DNA from: Basidiobolus meristosporus CBS 931.73
Lineage: Eukaryota; Fungi; Basidiobolomycota
Direction: 5' to 3'
DNA length: 64,000 nucleotides
NCBI GenBank assembly: GCA_002104905.1
Contig: MCFE01000337.1
Coordinates: forward strand, 1 to 64,000
In this document: positions 13,323-24,496 of the stretch, piece by piece
How the letters are laid out: each line of letters starts with the position of its first letter
Numbering within the stretch: the stretch's first letter is position 1
Notes under the pieces: model-generated
Database searches by the model: none
The model's input: only the letters and a program-made list of their open reading frames with translations
Told to the model about the DNA's origin: nothing
Program-made: the position numbers and the translations under genes

Positions 13323-13885
13323 TGTTGTAAGAGTCTTGGAGATATTGGAAGTGATTTGGAGAACAAGTAGATTATGTGGTTTTCACTTAATAGACTTGTT
13401 CCATTGTGCCATTTATCATAGTGCCAGAAAGTGCTGTATATTTTGTTATTAATTTGATATTTTAGGGTCATATGCATGTCAATTTTGATCCCAAATTGGC
13501 ACTGTATGGCACCATCTGGCACTCTGTGGCATGATCAGGCACCATCTGGCATGCTAGGGCACTATTGGGCACTATGATCAGCTGGAATGATGGAACAAGT
13601 CTAATGATTTATAGAATGTAAAAGTAGTATTTATACTTTTACCTGGTCTTGGCATTACAAGCACGTAGAATAGGTTAAGGAAGGCCCCAAGAACATGTGT
13701 GCAAAGTTTGGGGCTGTTTGGACAACTTTGAGAATTTTCATGTTCTGAGTACCTGGTATTTTGGTGAAAATATTCTAAGTAAATCCCAACAAGGAATTTG
13801 GTCAGTATTCTTTAGGATTTGAAGGTGATGATCTAAGTGACTAAGTTAGGTGAATATTTAGGTGGAATTACGAATTTTTACAACA
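13323..13885 (-). repeat. 5' LTR of copia copy 1 (563 bp, including the MITE insertion)
   Basis: 563 = 349 + 211 (MITE) + 3 (duplication). Both flanking parts align with the 3' LTR. Confidence 0.93.
13392..13602. mobile_element. 211-bp MITE inserted in the copia 5' LTR
   Basis: Perfect 12-bp TIRs AGACTTGTTCCA/TGGAACAAGTCT, flanked by AAT on both sides. The empty site ACTTAATGATTT is seen at 9,051-9,062 and, as reverse complement, at ~20,130-20,141. Confidence 0.9.
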
Positions 13886-14100
13886 CCTTTAAAGGTGGAT
13901 ATTAACTCTTGGAGTGGTGTATTTGTCATTTTTGTAAGGTTTCCTGATGCTTGTATAGTGAAAGGTTCAAACTACCCAGGTACTCCACCAAATTTTTGTT
14001 GTGCTGTAATATGATTAGTTTTGAGGTTTGTACTAAAATATAGATGCTAATCGACAATATACAACAACTGCCAGCATGCAACTACTGAAGTAGTTTATTG
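13886..14100 (-). pseudogene. 5' continuation of the gypsy gag interrupted by copia copy 1
   Basis: Joining across the target duplication gives a gag-like stretch (...STFKG / ...VTKFLEAFDDIAAVFEL...), with degenerate frames. Confidence 0.5.
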
Positions 14101-14309
14101 GAAGTTTGATATACAGATAGAAAATATAGCTTTCACTAATATGCGCAATCTTAGGCTCAAAATATAATATAGGCAGTGTTTCTCTCTTCTACAGCAGTGT
14201 TCTGACCTTCTGTTGAACATTGGGCTGATTAATTCTTAAAGTAACTTTTCCTTGTTTCAAAGTAACTTTCCTAGTTGAGAAAGTATATCCTAATATGGAA
14301 GTTCTGACC

Positions 14310-14560
14310 TCCCCTTTAGCCTAAAGGGTGTGGTGTAGGAGTTTCTGAAGGGGTCTTTAGGCCTAAAGGGGGGGTCTAAAGGGGTGTCTTTGAAGTAAAG
14401 GGGCTTCTTACAGTGGTCTCTAAAGTGGACTCTACACTAAATGGGTGCCTAAAGAGGCTTCTTTAGAGTAAAGGGGTTTCTTTAAGGGGTCTCTAAAGGG
14501 GTGCTTAGACTAGAGGGTTGTCTAAACGGGTGCCTTTAGAGTAAAGGGGCTACTTAGAGG
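14310..14560. repeat. Degenerate minisatellite-like array (AAAGGGG / TTTAGAG / CTCTAAA motifs)
   Basis: Recurrent 10-17 bp units such as TTTAGAGTAAAGGGG and GGTCTCTAAAG. Confidence 0.65.
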
Positions 14561-14949
14561 GGAATTTTCTAACAGAGAAGTGGTAGTTTTCTTGTAGAAC
14601 TCAGATTGGATTCATGTGAGCTTTGCAGTCCCTTTAATGATGTAGTACCAAGCAAAGTCAGAATACTCAGCAGTGCAGGTGATGCAGGGGAAGTCTTATA
14701 ACCTTTATACTTGTAATTATAGTGTGGAAACTCTGGAAAGAGAGGCTCCCTTTATTTTTCAGCTGTGAAAGTCATATATATGAAAATTCTGAAGGATCAA
14801 ATTTTTTGGGGAATTGCATAAGCAATAAATGTGATACAAAGCTAAAATTCTCAGTGGCACAGATTGGGGATAGGCACAGCACCAGTGAGAATATCATTTG
14901 ACTGGATTGGCTGGCTTGAAAGTTACATGCAATCAAAGTCACCATAGTA

Positions 14950-16399
14950 TTCCTAGCAATAGAGGCCTAGAGTATATGGCTATTGGACTCTTTTGATCAG
15001 AACACCTTAAGTACTGCTTCAAATGAGTTGTAATTTGAAGCTTGTGTTGGCTACCAAGTGTCTTACATAACATAGTATTTTTGGGTGGATTGCTTGACAG
15101 GGTCTTGAGCTTTTGTCCCTCAGGGTTGAAATTTCCCAATCTTTCATTTGTGTGTTACAATAGCAAAAGCAAATTAAAGAAATGAGTGTAATATTGGTTT
15201 TGAGATATTGTAGTAATGGATTACTTTCCTTTACTACAGCTCCTTTAGTCATGATGAACTTCTGGATCTGTGGTAGTTTGGGAAACAATACTGTTTTACC
15301 TGTAAAGTCAGGTGCTTTTACAAGATGTAACCAACTTTTGCTTGATCTGTAGTGAGCTAATTGGGTTGTAGCAATAAGTGGTGTTTAACTATGTTGATGA
15401 AACCTTAGAGCTCATTTTGGGAGCCACTGAGCTTAGTAATGGAAGGGATTGTTGGATCATGGTAGGAGGGAGTATGGATAGACTGTTGAGCATTTTGGCC
15501 CTCAAGCTGAGCAACAGAGTTTCTGAGATCAGCATTGTCATGTTATAGCTGGGCATAGGCAGCCGTGAGACTTGCAAAGTTGTACTCTTGACTGGACATG
15601 TCAAGGTAGCAGGAGGCAGGGAGGCTTCTTGAGCATGTTCAGGAGTACTGAGCACTACTAGCTAATATGTTGGTATTAAAGCCACTAGTTTGTCAAGAAT
15701 ACAATGTTTGAGCTACAATCCCCAACTGTGAATAAGTTAGCATCACTGATAATGTATTGTACTAAAGCTTAGGGGTGATATCTTTGGTAGGTATTCCTTG
15801 ATAAGTTCTTCTCAAGAGCTTTGGGTAGAAGGCAGAGATCCACAGGAAGTCAAGAGCAGTCTGATGAAACTGTTAAGAATAGACACAGAGCAGGAGAGTA
15901 GAGCTAGGTAAGGCAGGACCAGGAAAGGACTTAGGTGTGGATTAACCAAGAAAGGGAAGTTCCAAGGCAAGGCTGTTTATTCAAGACCAGTGTATATCAG
16001 ACTGAGAAATGCATAAGGGGTGATAGGACTATGTATACATTTTGGCAATATGGATGTCAAGAGATATTGGCTAAAACTGATGGAATTCTGGGATGCTGTG
16101 CAGTAAGTGAGCCAAGATAGAATTATACTAAAAACCAGACTGGAATATCACATTAGGATAAGCCAAGGGTCAGCTGAACATGTGATTGTGTCATGTGACA
16201 TGCATTTATCATATATGGTACTCAACTGCATAGGCTCCAATAGGAAGCTACCATATAATATTCTATTATGTAACATTGACTTGGAGCTTTCAAGAAATTG
16301 CTAGAATGTAGTAGTGCTTTCAAGAAGGAACTGGGATTTCTTTGCCAACTTGATTTGGCCAGATCATGAAAGGTCAATAATAACTTGTGATCATGACAG
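14950..16399 (-). mobile_element. Second degenerate LTR-retroelement relic (gag-like remnants and an LTR-like end)
   Basis: There are gag-like remnants at 15,000-15,655. The end ...CATGAAAGGTCA...TGTGATCATGACA (~16,365-16,398) resembles the gypsy LTR start at ~6,145-6,179, but similarity fades after ~40 bp. Confidence 0.35.
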
Positions 16400-16419
16400 A
16401 TTCTGGGACAGCTTAAATG

Positions 16420-16610
16420 AGCTATGGATATCTCATTAATGCACCCCTATATGGATTCAGAACAGGATCTTATAGGATACTCTGATGCTGATTTGGGTAA
16501 GGACTTAGAAGAAAGAAGATTAGCCACTTGATGCACCATTGTTAACCATAAGGAGCAATATCATGGAATTTGGGAAAGCAATCTACTAAGACACTTATCA
16601 TTACCGAGGC
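16420..16610 (+). pseudogene. Plus-strand copia RNase H relic, left part (host of copia copy 2)
   Basis: Encodes DSEQDLIGYSDADLG... and ends ACCGAGGC, equivalent to the ...TTEA region of copy 1. Confidence 0.75.
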
Positions 16611-19600
16611 TGTTGTAAGAATCTTGGAAATATTGGAAGTGATTGGGAGAACAAGTAGATTATGTGGTTTCCACTTTATGATTTATTGAATGTATAAGTA
16701 GTATTTATACTTTTACATGGTCTTGGCATTACAAGCATGTTGAATAGGTTAAGAAAGGTCCCAGGAACATTTGTGCAAAGTTTGGGGCTGTTTGGACAAC
16801 CTATCCAACTCTCATGTTCTGGGTATGTGGTATTTTGGTGAAAATATTGTGAGTAAATCCCAACAAGGAATTTGGACAATGTTTCTTGGGACTTGAAGGT
16901 AATGATATAAATGACTAAGCTTGGTGGATATTTAGGTGGAATTACAAATTTTCACAACACTCCCACTCAGCTAAATGTTGATACTCACTAGTCCTAATTT
17001 TGACCTAAGTTATTCAAACTTGTCTCTGGCTAATAGCTTGGTAAACATATCTGCAATCATTTCATCTGAAGGACAGTAAACTAAGCTAAAAAAGTTATTC
17101 TCTATAGCTTCATGTATGATATGATGTCTAATATCTATTTGCTTAGTGCTAGCATGAAAGGTTGGATTTTTACCTAATTGTTTACATCTTTGATTATCTT
17201 AAAATAAAGAATAAGCATTTTTTAACCTAGGCCTAAGTCTGTAAAAAGCTTTCTTAGCCACCTTGCTTCTTTTGTAGCTTCACAAGCTGCCATATACTCT
17301 GCCTCTGTGGTGGAATGTGTCACAGTTGGTTGCTTTCTTGAATTTTATGAAATTGCTCCTTTACATTAAAGAAAAGTGTATCCTGCGGTGGATCTTCTGT
17401 CTTGCAAATTTTGTCCCCAATCAGCTTCAGAGTAGCCCATAGGATCCTGTTCTGAATCCTTATAAGTGTATGTTAAGCAGATATCAGCAGGTCCGTTTAG
17501 GTATCTCAATATCAGCTTAACTGCTGCAATATGATCAGATCCATAGCTTTGATTATGCTGGCTGACAACTCTTACTGAATATGAGATATCTGGGCATGTT
17601 CCAAGCATGATATACATCAGACTTTCAACCATAGATTGATAACAAAAGTCAGGGCTTTCACATGGCACTAAGCTCTCTTGATTTGGTTGAGTTTTAACCA
17701 AGTTAAGGCCTGTCTCCATTGGGGTAACTGCTGGTTTACAGTCTTCCATTTGATACTTCTTTAATATATCTTAAATATACTGGGATTGACTTAGGATGAT
17801 AGTCTGGGTACATCTATCTATGGAAAACCTTATCCCTAAGTAATAACTGAGTTCTCCTGAATTGGACATCTTGAACTCTTTACATAAGCTGGATTTAGTC
17901 TCTTCCAATATTGTTAGATTGTTGGTGGCTATAATAAGATCATCCACATATAGAGCTAATAAATTTGGACTTGCTCTGATAGGCTTATAGTATATACTAT
18001 AGCCAGCAATACTCCTTTTGAAACTCAAAGATTCCAAATAAGAATCTATCTTGCAATGCCAGGCTCTTGGTGATTGTTTGAGACCATATAGAGACTTTTA
18101 AACTTGCAGACCAAGTGGGGTTATCTTGATCAACAAGCCCATCAGGCTGGTCCATATACACATCCTCATCACGTTCTTCATTCAAAAATGCAGTTTTTAC
18201 ATCTATTTGATGAATAAAAAAATTATATTTGGCTGTAATAGCCATTATCAATCTGATGAAATTAAACTTGGCTACCAGTGCAAAAGTCTCAGTACAGTCA
18301 AGTCCTTTTGTTTGAGAGTATCCTTTAGCCACAAGTTATGCTTCTAATCTTTCAATTGTACCATCAGCCTTGTATTTTGTCTTGAAGACTCATCCGTATC
18401 CATTTGATTTTTAGTTGATTGGTAACTTGACTAAGTCCCAAGTTTGATCTTCCATTAGAGCCTGATATTCCTCAGTCATTACAGATTTCCAAACTCTGTC
18501 TGAGGGCTATTTAGGGCCTCTTTTACAGTCTGGGGCTCATCAATATGGACTGAATAGGCATAGGCTAAGTTTGTTCCCTTATTGATATAGTAATTTGGGC
18601 TATTTCTTGTCTGGTTGAATCTCCAGGCATTTGATACTGGAATGATCACTTCTACATTATTCCTGGGCACTGATTCAGCCTGAACCACTGTTGTAGAGCC
18701 CTCTGGTGTGAAAAAATTCTCATTTTTTGGCTCTGACTCAATCCTGACTATTGTTGGACTTCAGATCAAATTTTTGTCCTTATCTCATGTCATGTTTTGT
18801 GAAAATTTTGATATTTCATCAAACAACACATCCCTGGACTTACTTAGCTTCTTTGCTTTGGTATTGCAGAGTTTGTATACTCTACTCTATTTGCAGAAGC
18901 CCAAAAAAATGCATTTTACACTTTTTGGCTCAAATTTGGGCTGATTTCCAGCCAGTTTCTTGGTATATGCTGTACACCCAAATATTCTTAGATGCTCTGC
19001 ACTTGGTCTGTATCCATACCATGCTTCAAATGGAGTAGAATCACAAAGTATTTTGTTATAACTCCTATTTTTATGGTATACAGCTGTGGTAACTGATTCC
19101 ACCCAAAAACATAGGATAATTTTTGGTCATGGATCATTGATCTTGCCATATCACTTATTGATCTGTTTGCGCATTTTTCTACTCCATTTGACTGTGGGGA
19201 GTATGGTATAGTAGTCTCTTGCTTTATCCCATGAATTTGCAGAAGTGGATGAAGAGTTATGAGGTATACCCTCCATAATTGTCTCAGCATATTTTTTTGA
19301 TTTTTTCACTGGTTTCTCCTTCCACTATGGCTTTAAACTCCCTGAGCTTAGACAGGGCTTCTTTCTTTCTCTCCATGAAGTAGACCCACATGTATCCTGT
19401 ATAATCATCAATAAAAGTGATTAAATACCTCATCCTGCCTTTGAATAGGTCCACACAGATCTGAGTGAATTAGAACTATTTTTTTTTAGTTTTGATCAAC
19501 CCAGAGCTCTTGAATGTTTTTCTGGCTTGTTTCCCATATATGCAAGCTTCACAGTGCTCCAAATCAGCTGGGGGATCAGCTTTTACTCTGGAGATTAGCT

Positions 19601-21623
19601 GATCTTTATTCATTTTGCACAAATGATCGGAATTGATGTGTCCAAATCTCCTGTGTCAAAGCATTGGTGTTTCTTCATTTAAGTTACCTATAATGGCTTC
19701 CAGATATGATGGAATATAAGTTAACTCATAAAGACTCTGATATCTGAAACTCAGAGCAATATGAGCACCATTTTGATCAGTAATCTTGCATCCAGAATTA
19801 TCAAATCTGAATCTGAGTCCTTCTGCGGTGGCCTTGCTTACAGACAGTGGGTTCTGTTGTAAAAATTTGTAAATCCACCTAAATATTTACCTAACTTGGC
19901 CACTTAGATCATTACCTTTGAATCCTAGAGAATACTGACCAAATTCCTTGTTGGGATTTACTTAAAATATTTTCACCAAAATACCATGTACCCAGTACAT
20001 GAAGATTCTCAAAGTTGTCCCAACAGCCCAAAACTATGCACACATGTTCTTGGGACCTTTCTTAACCTATTCAACATGTAAGTAATGCCAAGACTATGTA
20101 AAAGTATAAATACAACTTTTACATTACATAAATCATTAAGTGAAAACCACATAATCTACTTGTCCTCCCAATCACTTCCAATATCTCCAAGACTCTTACA
20201 AAAGGTTCTTGGCTATTTCTGGTACATCAAGTACCTCTTTAAAGGTCAGTTTATGGCGTCTTTTACTGCTTCTAAGGCTTACTTGGATAGTTCCTTCTCT
20301 TACTGCATCAGGTGTTTTATTGTCACCCATGAAAACCTTCTTAAATTTCTTTGTATGGGGTAAAAAGTTCTTTTTGGTGTGTGAACTGTTGAGATGCTCT
20401 AGAGTCAATGTACCACATCTGAGAATCCTTGTTTGTGGTCATATCCAGTGCAGATATGAATAGTCTATCATCAGTTTTTGCTGCATTTCCATATTCAGGC
20501 TCTTTTGCTGACTATCTCTCTTTCTCAAGCACTGGTCTATTGTGTGTCCTTTCCTTGTGCAGTAGTTACAAAACAGGTTGCTGTTGCCTGTGTAGGGTCT
20601 TGGGTACCTTCTTTGATGGTTATTATTGCTTATTAAAGCATATTTTTTCCTTCTTATAGGTGCTTGATTTTCTTAATTTTTCATCCAGGAGCCTTCCATA
20701 TACATAATTTAAAGTCAAATCTTCAGTTCTGGACTCTAGGGCTGATACAAGGCCCAGAAACATATCTGTCTGGCTATTTAGGATAGTAACTATCAAATCC
20801 TCATCAGTAGTTGGTACACCCACAGATTCCATCTCATCCACCAGCAGGGCAATTCTGTTAATTAGATTTTTCATTTCATCTCCTGGCTGCATCTATGTAG
20901 TACAGAAATTTTGTCTCAGATACATCTTCTTAGCAGCTGAACATGACTGGTAGGTATCTTATAATGCCTTGCAGGCATTCTTTGTTCTTTTTGCTCTTGA
21001 GCATTGAATTAGCAATTTGTCCTTAACATTAAGGCAAATGCAGTTAAAGGCACTTTGTTCTTTCTTCTGGTACTTTAAGGTTTCCTCTCCCACGTTTTTA
21101 GGAGGGTATTCTTCTCCCATGACAATATCCTAAAGGCCTCATTTTTGTAGCTGCATTGCCATCTTTGTCTTCCACACTTGGTAGTTAGATCCATCCAACT
21201 TTTCATTGGCGGAAAAGATTCCAGTAATAGCAGTAATAAACATTGCAGTGAGTGAACAGCTTGGGGCTCATAACCTGTTGTAAGAGTCTTGGAGATATTG
21301 GAAGTGATTGGGAGAACAAGTAGATTACATGGTTTTCACTGGATGATTTACTGATTGTGAAAGTAGTATTCATACTTTTACATAGTCTTGGCACTACAAG
21401 CATGTAGAATAGGCTAAGGAAGGTCCCAAGAACATGTGTACAAAGTTTGGGCTGCTTTGGGCAACTTATCTATTTTCATCTCTGGGTACCTGGTATTTTG
21501 GTGAAAATATTCTAAGTAAATCTCAACAAGGAGTTTGGTTGGTATTCCCTAGGATTTGAAGGTCAATGATCTGAGTGACTAAGCTAGGTGAATGTTTAGG
21601 TGGAATTACAAATTTTTGCAACA
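16611..21623 (-). mobile_element. Ty1/copia copy 2, more decayed, same family as copy 1
   Basis: LTRs at 16,611-16,959 (349 bp) and 21,276-21,623 (348 bp), PBS at 21,264-21,275, PPT at 16,960-16,969. The gag, INT, RT and RH fragments are colinear with copy 1. The flanks GAGGC and AAACA do not match, so there is no TSD. Confidence 0.9.
19855..20203 (+). mobile_element. Solo LTR (349 bp) of the same copia family, antisense inside copy 2
   Basis: Reverse complement of the family LTR, with a perfect GGTTC duplication (19,850-19,854 / 20,204-20,208). The empty site GTAGGTTCTTGGC is at ~12,241-12,253 in copy 1. Confidence 0.93.
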
Positions 21624-22209
21624 AAACAAGGATGCATAGAATTAGGTAGAAATCCAACATTTCATGCTAGAACTTGGCACAAAGATATTGGACACCATTT
21701 CATATGTAAAGCTGTGGAAAATTTGTCAGTTAACCTAGATCACTGTTTTGCATATGAAATGATTTCAGACATACTTACCAAACCATTAGCCAGAGGCAAA
21801 TTAAATTATCTCAGAACACAATTTGGACTGGAGTAATATGGATGTTTAGTTCAGTGGGAGTGTTGTAAGTTTAGTAATAGCAGCCAAAGTCTCCTCCTAG
21901 CTTAGTCACTTAGATCCTAACTATAAATCTTGGAGAATACTGGCCAAACTCCTTGTTGTGGCTTACATTGCAAATATCTTACCAAAAGATCAGGTACTCA
22001 GAATGTGCAATTCCTCAAAGTTGTCCAGACAGCCCTAAACCTTGCACACATGTTCTTGGGACCATCCTGAGCATATTATAAGAGCTTATTTTGCCAAGAC
22101 AATGTAAGAGTATAGATACCACTTTGAAACTCAATATGTCATTAATTGAAAACCACATAATCCACTTGTTCTCACTTTCACTTCCAAATTCTCCAGAGCT
22201 CTTACAACA
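21624..22209 (+). mobile_element. Plus-strand copia relic, right part: RNase H end, PPT and 3' LTR (21,861-22,209)
   Basis: ORF 21600-21836 reads GRNPTFHARTWHKDIGHHFI...DILTKPLARG. AGTGGGAG precedes TGTTGTAAG at 21,861, and the LTR ends CTTACAACA at 22,209 (349 bp). Confidence 0.85.
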
Positions 22210-24496
22210 TTGAGAAGTATTCTGTCAGTATTATTGTGGTGGTCATTGCAAGGATAGTAGTACAAAGATATATTTTTGTAAAGTCTACAGCAAATCAGCA
22301 ACACAATGCACTTAGAGTATACCCATTGAATCCAATGCAGAGGGCTGTCATACACAGTATCCACTAAACTGACTTATACAATATCTGGATAGGTTGAAAA
22401 AGCCCAATTTATGCTGGGATATTTAACAACTTGTCCCCCAAAGTGCTTGAACCTTAGGCATTGGAAGTTAAAACCTTAAGGACCATTATATATCTGCAGG
22501 ATCTGTGCAGTTATTCAGCAGTTAATCTGCTGGTCTTTAGCTGCTTTGATTTATAGGGAACTCTGAGTAAGCTGGACTGGATTTTTTTGCAGGGAACAAA
22601 GAGCTTCTGCACCTTTGGTTTGACTTGGTAGGTTTGCTTACATATTTGTGTGCATCCACTGGATCCATGGGACATGCCATATGTGGTGAATGTTTGAGAA
22701 GTACAAAGCTAGTTTGAACTTGCCAATTTCCAGTATCAGACAATATGAAGATGATATAAATTGAGGGCATGGTTTGACTTATGTTAGCTTCTGGTGGAGA
22801 CTGGTTTGAGACATTATGTTGCCTGAAATGGTAAACTTGAGGATTTCTGGATAGGCAGTGTATAGCAAAGGTATTTCATGCTTGGATGGTATTATTGGCT
22901 TTGCAGGATCAATATTCATTGGCAAGAGATACTGTAAGTAATTGCATGTAGATTTTAGGCTTCTCAGCATATCTCTAAATAGCAACACTCATCTGGCTAA
23001 TGCTCTTGATAAGTTGATGAATTGCTGTAGTAGGAACATAATTGACATTCCTCAAACCTGCCATTGCAAAAATGCCACATCCAGGTTTAGATATGCATAC
23101 ATGGTAAGGTGGCAGAGTAGTTGCTTCCATAGGAATTCAAATTCAAATAGGAACAAAAGTTCAGTAGCAGGTGGACTATTTTTCTTTATAATGGGAGAGC
23201 TCATTGGTGGGAGCATTCAGAAATCATCCATGATGAAAGGCAAAATGACCTTTCTGGCAAGGCATGGCTTAAGCTGACAGGTTTTACACTGGAGCCAGCT
23301 GTAAAGCACAAGCTAACTTTTGTGGATTTACCAGCCTATTGTAAATTTCCCAATGCCAACTTCCAAGATTCATCAAAGCGCAGGACATCACCAAGAATAT
23401 CAGAGTTGCCCAAAGGACCTTAGAGCCTGTACACAGCACCTGGGGATCATGCTCAAAGCATTCCTGAGCTTGATTTAGCAAGGTTGCGCCAAAATTAGAA
23501 ACACTTCATCTCCGCTTGACAAATCAACACGGGAAAGCCCGCACCGCTCACAGCTACAATCCCCAGGCCCCAGGCCCACTCCAACCAAGACCAAGTAGCG
23601 CACCTCTACTCCCAGCTAAAGAAGGGATCTATGCTGCTGATCACCCCGAACTCCTGGAGTACAATCACCTAAGACTTGGTTTATACACCGACCAGGTTTT
23701 TGTGGTTGGAAGCGCCATACATTGCTGACAGGTGTGCTCATCGTGAGTAGTGTAGAGTGGGTAGGATTTGCCAAGTCAGCGTGGGAACATGTATTTGTAG
23801 TATCCTTGTAGCTGCGATGGCGCAATGCAGTCTAGCTGTCTAACAACAGCACCTGACCACAGTGGGAGCTGAAGGCTTGCGACGGATCATCTCGCAAAGA
23901 GCCATCAGAAGGGGAAGACTGTATGAGGAGCGAGCAGTCAGTTGCTTTCCACGCAACTTTCCTTGTGGTCATCACTCGGGGCCCGGTGGATCGGTACACT
24001 AGCGAACATCCGTTGACAAACTCTCATTTTTTGATCGAGCCGCCACCACTTGGCCATGCACAATCCCGGGTCCTGGACCATGACGACCAACACTAGCGCA
24101 ATCGATCACAGGTTGGCGTAGGAATGAATTGGTCATCCGGATGCAATGTTCACGGCCACTACCAGCACGCGTTACTGAGCTAAGCAGCACCGATCCACTG
24201 GGGACACACTTAGAGACAAAGGCCCTCACGACCGATGGCTCAGGTGATCTTCGTTGGAGGCCCATGCGATGCGAACATGAACCTCACATGCATGCATAGA
24301 CTCGCGTCGCCATGATCGCAATCACCTAGGAGGACCATACGCATTGAAGATCATCCATACCGCTGCATAAGGCCCAGTACAAATACCCTGGAGGATCGCA
24401 ATGGCGGATCCAGAACTTCACTCCCCTTCACCTCACGAACTTCAATTCACTCGCCTTCCCACTTCTGCTTCCCGTTGACCCACCCATTCCTCGGCA

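Larger units (their letters stand above)
8989..13885 (-). mobile_element. Full-length, decayed Ty1/copia LTR retrotransposon (copy 1)
   Basis: Two LTRs (8,989-9,337 and 13,323-13,885) have TGTTG...CAACA ends. The target duplication is TCTTT (8,984-8,988) / CCTTT (13,886-13,890), one mismatch. The PBS is next to the 5' LTR and the PPT next to the 3' LTR. Internal order is gag-PR-INT-RT-RH. Confidence 0.95.

Noticed and set aside
15671-15683. TGGTATTAAAGCC, resembling a tRNA-iMet 3'-end PBS
   Set aside because: It has two mismatches to TGGTATCAGAGC, no adjacent CA-ending LTR, and no plus-strand gag downstream.
1-23500. Repeat-induced point mutation (RIP) as the cause of the repeat decay
   Set aside because: CA and TG dinucleotides are abundant and the missing dinucleotide is CG. 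This fits methyl-CpG deamination better than classical CpA-targeted RIP.
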